NCBI RefSeq assembly: GCF_009914755.1
Contig: NC_060936.1
DNA: 64,000 nucleotides
Strand: one strand, 5' to 3'
DNA from: the human T2T-CHM13v2.0 reference genome, Homo sapiens
The position numbers and the translations under genes are program-made. The notes under the pieces are model-generated. The model was given only the letters and a program-made list of their open reading frames with translations, did not search any database and was not told the DNA's origin. Positions 56,035 through 64,000 of the stretch are shown one piece after another (the stretch's first letter is position 1; each line of letters opens with the position of its first letter).

Positions 56035-57164
<1,130 letters not shown>

Positions 57165-58599
57165 TGATAGGAAACAGCTTTGATTGTTCTGGAAGCTTTC
57201 TCTTTTAACAGATTTACCCCCATCAATATAAGAAGCATCATACAATACTCTCAATCAAGCCTGGCAGAATTCCTCCCTAGCTTTTGGCTCTAACCATAGA
57301 CAGCCAAAAGGACAATTCTCACTTGTCCTGAAAATATTTATGGAGAGAAAAAGCCCAAAAGCCCAAGAAGAAGAGAGACGAGCATGAATGAATTAACGGT
57401 GCTGAAGAGGAAATGCACCTTGTAGTCTGGAAGCCCAGTCTCAGAATGCCCAGCACGACTTTTAGGTGTAGAAACAGGAGCAAGCAAAATCTAAACTAGA
57501 AATCCCAAAGTCGTCTAAAAATTCAGATGTTATTCCTAAAAATATTTACTAAGTGCCCACATACATCAAGCTATTTTGATAGGAGCCTGCTATCTAGGAG
57601 TTTGGAATTTAAAACAATATTGATCTACTTAAAAAGAGTTTCTTGCACGTGGAAAAAAGTATCAGACTATGTTCAGAAATTTATGTAAGTCTACAGATGG
57701 AGGGGAGTATAAGGAGGGGACACTGGGAAAGAAAGAAACAGAGACAGAGACAGAGAAGGGAGAAAACTCACTTCTCACTAACCAAATATGTGCTAGACAT
57801 AAAGGAATGAAGATGATGAGGATGGTTTTGAAAGAGAGAAGATGTGGTTTGAAGAATAAAAAACATGTTCTAAAAAAAAGACATGTTCTAAAATTTGAAG
57901 AATTAGAAGACGTTGTTTGAAGAAAAAAACATGTTCTAAAAAAAATTTGTTCTAAAATTAGGATTTCAGTATTGACTGAACTCAACAGATCAGAATATTG
58001 GCATTAGCAATAGCAAACAAAATGTAAAGTTCCCGAAAAAATTTAGGAAACACACAAGGTTTATACAAAGAAAGCCTCACCAAGAGATTAAAATGAAAAA
58101 CCATGAGCTAAATGGAGTATAGTATTTACATATTAGATGTTCATCCAGCATTAGTCATGAAATAAATTATAAAATGAGTTCCTAAACATAAAGCATGGTG
58201 CCTAGCACAGAGTAACTGCTTAATATTCATTATTGTTGCCATAAATGTAAAAGAGACATAAATATTGATTGCAAAATAGGAGATTGGCAAACCAAATAAT
58301 AATCCATCTATTTATAACATAGAGTGTTACAGCACAGTTAGGATAGTGCTTTTGAAGAATTTTTATGATACAGGGAAAGCTTGGGTGAAGGGCCAAGTGG
58401 AAAAACAGGACAAAATACAAAATTGTCTGTGCAAAGAGATCCTTCATTCTTTATCAATTAAAAGTAGCCATATACCCATTCATTGACCCTTAAAAGCATG
58501 AACGTGCATGGGGGAAGAAAAGGCTGGAAAGTATTTCAAACTGTCTACAATGATTTCCTCTAAGTAGCAGGATTCTGGACAGTTACAGTATAAAGAGTT

Positions 58600-58870
58600 A
58601 TAATATGTAGAGCACAAACTCTATCATCAGACCCACCAGGGTTTTAATCTTGGCACTACTGTTTATTGTTAGGTGACATTCATTGAATTATTTAACCTCT
58701 CTGAGTCTCTATTTCCTCATCTGTAAATTGGAAACAATATCACCTACCTCAGAGCTCCAGTGGCGCAATCGGTTAGCGCGCGGTATTTCTACAATATCAC
58801 CTACCTCCAAGGGATTGTTGTCTGAATTAAATGGGATAATATATGCAAAGTTCTTGACAAATCTTGCCTA
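58600..58870 (+). mobile_element. MIR hosting the tRNA-half insertion
   Basis: tttcctcatctgtaaattgg...acctacctc | caagggattgttg...attaaatgggataat is colinear with the MIR core. Confidence 0.8.
58754..58785 (+). pseudogene. Tailless retropseudogene of the 5' half of tRNA-Ile(UAU)
   Basis: GCTCCAGTGGCGCAATCGGTTAGCGCGCGGTA matches the 5' 32 nt of human tRNA-Ile-TAT as recalled. Flanked by the perfect direct repeat ACAATATCACCTACCTC (58734-58750 and 58791-58807). Confidence 0.9.
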
Positions 58871-59020
58871 TTATCATTTCAAATATTCCTATCAAAAGTT
58901 TTAATATTTTCCAGAGTTTCCGTAAAAAGTATGTAGACCTCATTTCTAGTCTGAAATGAGCATTTTTCTAAAGATAAAAAGGAATTCAACAAGGAGAACA
59001 AGGTTAGTAATTAGATGCAA

Positions 59021-59300
59021 TTTTTTTTTTTTTTTGAGACAGAGTCTCGCTTTGTCACCCTGGCTCCCAGGCTCAAGTGCAGTGGTGCAAAAATGGTTCA
59101 CTGCAGCCCCCACCTCCCGGGCCCAAGCGACCCTCCTGCCCCATCCTCAGGCCCCCAAGTAGCTGAGACTACAGGCATGCATCACCACACCCGACTAATC
59201 TTTGTATTTCTTGCTGGTCTCCAAACTCCTGAGCTCAGGAGATTCTCCCACCTCGGCCTCTCAAAGCGCAGGGATTACAGGCGTGAGCCACCATGCCCAA
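59021..59300 (-). mobile_element. AluJ with an internal deletion
   Basis: TSD tagtaattagatgca. Confidence 0.85.
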
Positions 59301-60299
59301 CTAGTAATTAGATGCATTCTTATCCACCCCAAAAGGTGATTCTTGCTCTAAATCATATATCATTCCAGACCTGAAATGGTCAGCTCTCTAGTTAACTTAA
59401 GAAAAACGCTTTTATTCTGATATTTTATTCTAGTCTTGAAGATCATTGAGGACAGAGAAACTACAGCTTAGCACAGCTCCTGCCCCAAAGTTAATGCTTG
59501 GAGAGTTAACACAAGTTTTGCTGTTGTTTTTGTTTTGTTCCAATTCCAGTGGGGTTTTTTAGCCTGCAATGGTAAGAAGTAGCTCTTTCTCTACCCAAGT
59601 AGAAGCTCACTCTAATATAAGCCCACTTTTTGGATCTATCTCCCAGCCAGAGAGAGGGCACCTGATGCTCCTGAGATAAATTCTTCATGTTTTTGAAAGA
59701 CATGTGGCCCATGATCTTTTCCCTTGAAAAGATTCCCTTTACTCACTATTCTGTAGAAAGTATCTACCAAAAGGAGGAAATGGCAGACAGCAGCGACAAT
59801 GTCTCCATCACTTCAAACATCCCCCCCAGATTTCTTGTCCACATTCATGTTTGATTATAGCAAAGTCCAAGGCTCACTTTCAATGAGAAGGAAAATGAAG
59901 GAGGCTGAGGGAGTGGCAAATAGAAATCTGCAAGGCCAAAGACAGAGAAAGCCTGGGCCTCCAGCCTTCTCTTCCAATGATGGCAATCTCTAGCCCCTGC
60001 CGCCATGGTTAAGAAGCTGGTTGGGGTGGCAGTTGACTCTTATATTTAAAGAGCAAAGCTGGGAGAGGGAATTCAGATGAGGGGGAAGAGCTTAAAGTCA
60101 ACATGAAGAAGCGTCACTTGAGTGTGCAACAGGGTGCTTGGTCCCCAGAGAAGTTTCCACAGCATGTGGGAAACTTTCTACTGCCATCCTTCAAGGGTAG
60201 AAATCAGGGAGGGATGTTCTCCTACATTCATTTATTCATTTATTCACTCAAAAATGTTTGAATACCTGCTATATGCCAAGCACTATGGCAGCCCTGGAG

Positions 60300-62236
60300 A
60301 TAAATGCCCGCCTTTCTTGGGTATTTCTTCATAGCAGCATGAGAATGAATTAATAGAGTAAACTGGTACTGAGGGAGTGGGGCGCTGCTATAAGGATACG
60401 CAAAAATGTGGAAGCAACTTTGGAAATGGATAACAGGCAGAGGTTGGAACAGTTTGGAGGTCTCAGAAGAAGACAGGAAAATGTGGGAAAGTTTGGAACT
60501 TCCTAGAGACTTGCTGAATGACCAAAATGCTGATAGTGATATGAACAATATGGTCCAGGCTGAGGTGGTCTCAGATGGAGATAAGGAACTTTTTGGGAAC
60601 TGGAGTAAAGGTCACTCTTGCTATGCAAAGAGACTGGATGCATTTTACCTCTGCCCTAGAGATCTGTGGAACTTTGAACTTGAGAGAGATGATTTAGGGT
60701 ATCTGGCAGAAGAAATTTCTAAGCAATAAAGCATTCAGAAGGAAGTAGAGCATAAAAGTTTGGAAAATTTGCAGCCCAGCAATGCATAGAAAAGAGAAAG
60801 CTATTTTCTGGGGAGAAATTCAAGCCGGCTACAAAAATTTGCATAAGTAACCAGGAGCCAAATGTTAATCACCAAGACAATGGGCAAAATGTCTCCAGGG
60901 CATATCAGAGACCTTCAAGGCAGCCCCTCTTATCACAGGCCTGGAGGCTTAGGAGGGAAAAATGGTTTTATGGGCCCAGGGCCCCCTGCTGTGTGCAGCC
61001 TCAGACGTGATGCCCTGCATCCAAGCTGCTTCAGCTCCAGCCATGACCAAAAGGGGACAAAGTATAGCTTGGGCCATTGCTTCAGAGGATGCAAGCCTCA
61101 AGCCTTGGGGGCTCCCACATCGTGCTGGGTCTGAGGGTGCACAGAAGTCAAGAATTGAGGTTTGGGAACCTCTGCCTAGATTTCAGAGGATGTATGGAAA
61201 TGCCTGGATGTCCAGGCAGAGGTTTGCTGCAGGAGTGAAGTCCTCATGAAAAACCTCTGCTAGGGCAGTGTGGAAGGGAAATGTGGGGTCAGAGCCCCCC
61301 ACAGAGTCCCCATGGGGGCACTGCCTAGTGGAGCTATGAGAAGAGGGCCACCATCCTCTAGACCCCAGAATGGTAGATCCATCAATAGCTTGCACCATGC
61401 ACTTGGTGCAACCCACAGACACTCAACACCAGCCATGGAAGCAACCAGGGCGGGGACTATACCCTGCAAAGCCACAGAGGCAGAGCTGCCCAAGGCTATG
61501 GGAGCCCACCTCTTGTATCAGCATTACCTGGATGTGAGACATAGAGTCAAAGGAGATTATTTTGAAACGTTAAGGTTTAATGACTGCCCTATTGGATTTT
61601 GGACTTGCATCCTTTGTTTTGGTCAATTTCTCCCATTTAGAATGGGTGTATTTACCCAATGCCTGTACTCCTATTGTATCTAGGAAGTGACTTACTTGCT
61701 TTTGATTTTACAGGCTCATAGGCAGAAGGGACTTGCCTTGTCTTCAATGAGACTTTGGATCTGGACTTTGAGGTTAATGCTGGATGAGTTAAGACTTTGG
61801 GTGACTGTTGGAAGGGCATGATTTTTGTGTCTTGAAATGTGAGGACATGAGATTTGGGAGGGGCCATGGATGGAATGTTGTGGTTTAGCTGTGTCCTCAT
61901 GCAAATCTCATCTTGAATTGCAGTTTCCATAAGCCCCACCTGTCATGGGAGGGACCTGGTGGGAGGTAATTGAATCATGGGGGTGGTTTCCCCCATGCTG
62001 TTCTCATGATAGTGAGTTCTCACGACATTATGATGGTTTTATAAGGGACTCTTCCCCAATTCACTTGGCACTCATTCTCTCTCCTGCTGTCCTGTAAAGA
62101 GGTGCTTTCCACCATGATTGTAAGTTTCCTGAGGCTTCCCCAGCCATGTGGAGCTGTGAGTCAATTACACCTCTTTTCTTATAAATTAACCCGTCTCAGG
62201 TATTTCTTTATAGCAGCGTGAAAATGGATTAATACA
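60300..62236 (+). mobile_element. THE1 (MaLR) element: 5' LTR remnant 60300-60357, internal region 60358-61875, 3' LTR 61876-62236
   Basis: Internal region starts gtaaactggtactgag and carries MaLR ORF remnants (60406-60729); polypurine tract gggaggggcc precedes a 3' LTR ending taataca. Confidence 0.92.
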
Positions 62237-63040
62237 ACCCATTTGCAGTCACTACTCATCCCCACAACCCCTGGCAATCTCTAATCTACTGTCTATCTCT
62301 ACGGATTTACCTATTCTGGATATTTCTTATAAATGAAATCATACAATATGTGATCTTTCATATATGTCCTCTTTCACTTAGCATCCTGTTTTCAGGGTTC
62401 ATCCATGTTGTAGCATTAATCAGTACTTCCTTCTTTTTAAGGCTGAATAATATTCTGTTGTATGGATATTCTATATTGTGTTTTTCTATTCATTCATTGA
62501 TGGACATTGGATTGATTCCATTTTTGGCTCTTAAAAATATGCTGCTATGAATATTCATGCACAACTTTTCTGTATGAACTTATGTTTTCAATTTTCTTTG
62601 GTGTAGAGCTAGGAGTGGAATTGTTGGGTGGTATGATAACAATATGTTTAACTTGTTGAGGAACTGCTAGACCATTTCCAAAGCACCCACACAATTTTGC
62701 AATCCCACCAGCCCTGTACAAGGGTTCCAGTTTCTCTATATCCTCAATAACACATGTTATTATCTTTTTTACTGTGGCTATCCCAGTAGATGCAAAGTGG
62801 TATATTTTTGAGGTTTTGATTTGCATTTCCCCATTGACTAATGATGTTGAGCATTTCCTGTGCTTACTGGCAATTTGTATATTTTCTTCAAAGAAATGTC
62901 CATTCAGAGACTTTGCCCCTCTTTAACTGGGTTGTTTGTCTTTTTATTGTTGAGTTTAAGATATATATATATATATTCTAGATACAAATACTTCATCAGA
63001 TATGTGAATTGCAAATATTTTCTCTCCTTTTTGTGGGTTT
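62237..63040 (-). mobile_element. L1MB/MC 3' region
   Basis: cctggcaatctctaatctact...gttttgatttgcatttccc. Confidence 0.85.
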
Positions 63041-63406
63041 TCTGGCCCTTGCTTCTTTCACTGCTTTGTGAACCTTTTTTGAGAGGTCTGTTTATGTATC
63101 CCAGAGTTTTTCACAAAACTGCTTTCCATTTTTGCTTGTATCTTCTCCTTTGGCTCCCAACATGAACACTGGGAGGGGGTACAGATTCAAAGGCAAACAT
63201 CATGTTGGGCTAGGCTCTGAACTCAACTCCTAAGTCTGAATCCCAGCTCTGCTCTTATCCTAGCTTCTCTGAGCCTAGGTTTTCCCACCTATACAATAGG
63301 AATATTAATGCCAACCTCTCTTTCAGTTTTCAAAATTAAGTGAGATAGTGTTGGGCCACTTTACCGCCATCATCTCACGTAAGCCTCACAACCAACCTGT
63401 GCATAG

Positions 63407-63707
<301 letters not shown>

Positions 63708-63747
63708 CTGTGCATAGATATTCTTATCCCCATTTTACAAATGAGGA

Positions 63748-64000
63748 GGCCAGGTGCAGTGACTCACACCTGTAATCCCAGCACTTTGGGAGGCCAAGGC
63801 AGGTGGATTGCTTGAGCTCAGGAGTTCCAGACCAGCCTGGGCAACACGGCAAAACCCCATCTTCAAAAAATACAAAAAATTGGCTGGGCGAAGTGGTTCA
63901 TGCCTATAATCCCAGGACTTTGGGAGGCTGAGGCAGGCGGATCACGAGGTCAGGAGATCAAGACCATCCTGGCTAACATGGTGAAACCCCATCTCTACTA
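63748..64000 (+). mobile_element. Alu left arm with a second Alu starting at 63882 (runs off the window)
   Basis: Two consecutive left monomers. Confidence 0.85.

Noticed and set aside
58754-58790. Functional tRNA gene
   Set aside because: No 3' half, T-arm or B box, and the anticodon loop is altered; it cannot form a cloverleaf.
60406-61683. ORFs of 90-137 aa in the THE1 internal region
   Set aside because: Frameshifted and stop-interrupted remnants of the MaLR internal ORF.

Overview
Repeat-dense primate (human-like) genomic DNA. The only protein-coding sequence I can support is the first coding exon of TMEM233 (dispanin/CD225 family; + strand, ATG 45277, donor GT 45463), inside a CpG island at about 45.1-46.9 kb. 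Bases 1-45 kb are upstream/intergenic, and 45463 to the window end is TMEM233 intron 1; I do not see exon 2 here. The rest is mostly more than 30 Alus, old L1/HAL1/L2/MIR fragments, MaLR/ERV LTRs (THE1, MLT1, MER21-like, MER39-like, LTR41-like), DNA transposons (MER33, MER63, MER58, MER20, MER5, MADE1) and microsatellites. Most other ORFs in the track are repeat-derived or chance ORFs. I found no convincing new multi-gene system. The most notable small-scale observations are: (1) a young-looking tailless 5'-half tRNA-Ile(UAU) retrocopy with a perfect 17-bp target-site duplication in intron 1; (2) a 29-bp inverted duplication forming a hairpin inside an LTR; (3) weak start-codon context and an open upstream frame for TMEM233; (4) a sense intronic THE1 element lacking most of its 5' LTR and its canonical polyA signal; (5) a closely spaced inverted Alu pair in the intron. 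Repeat family and subfamily names come from recalled consensus sequences and need RepeatMasker/Dfam confirmation.
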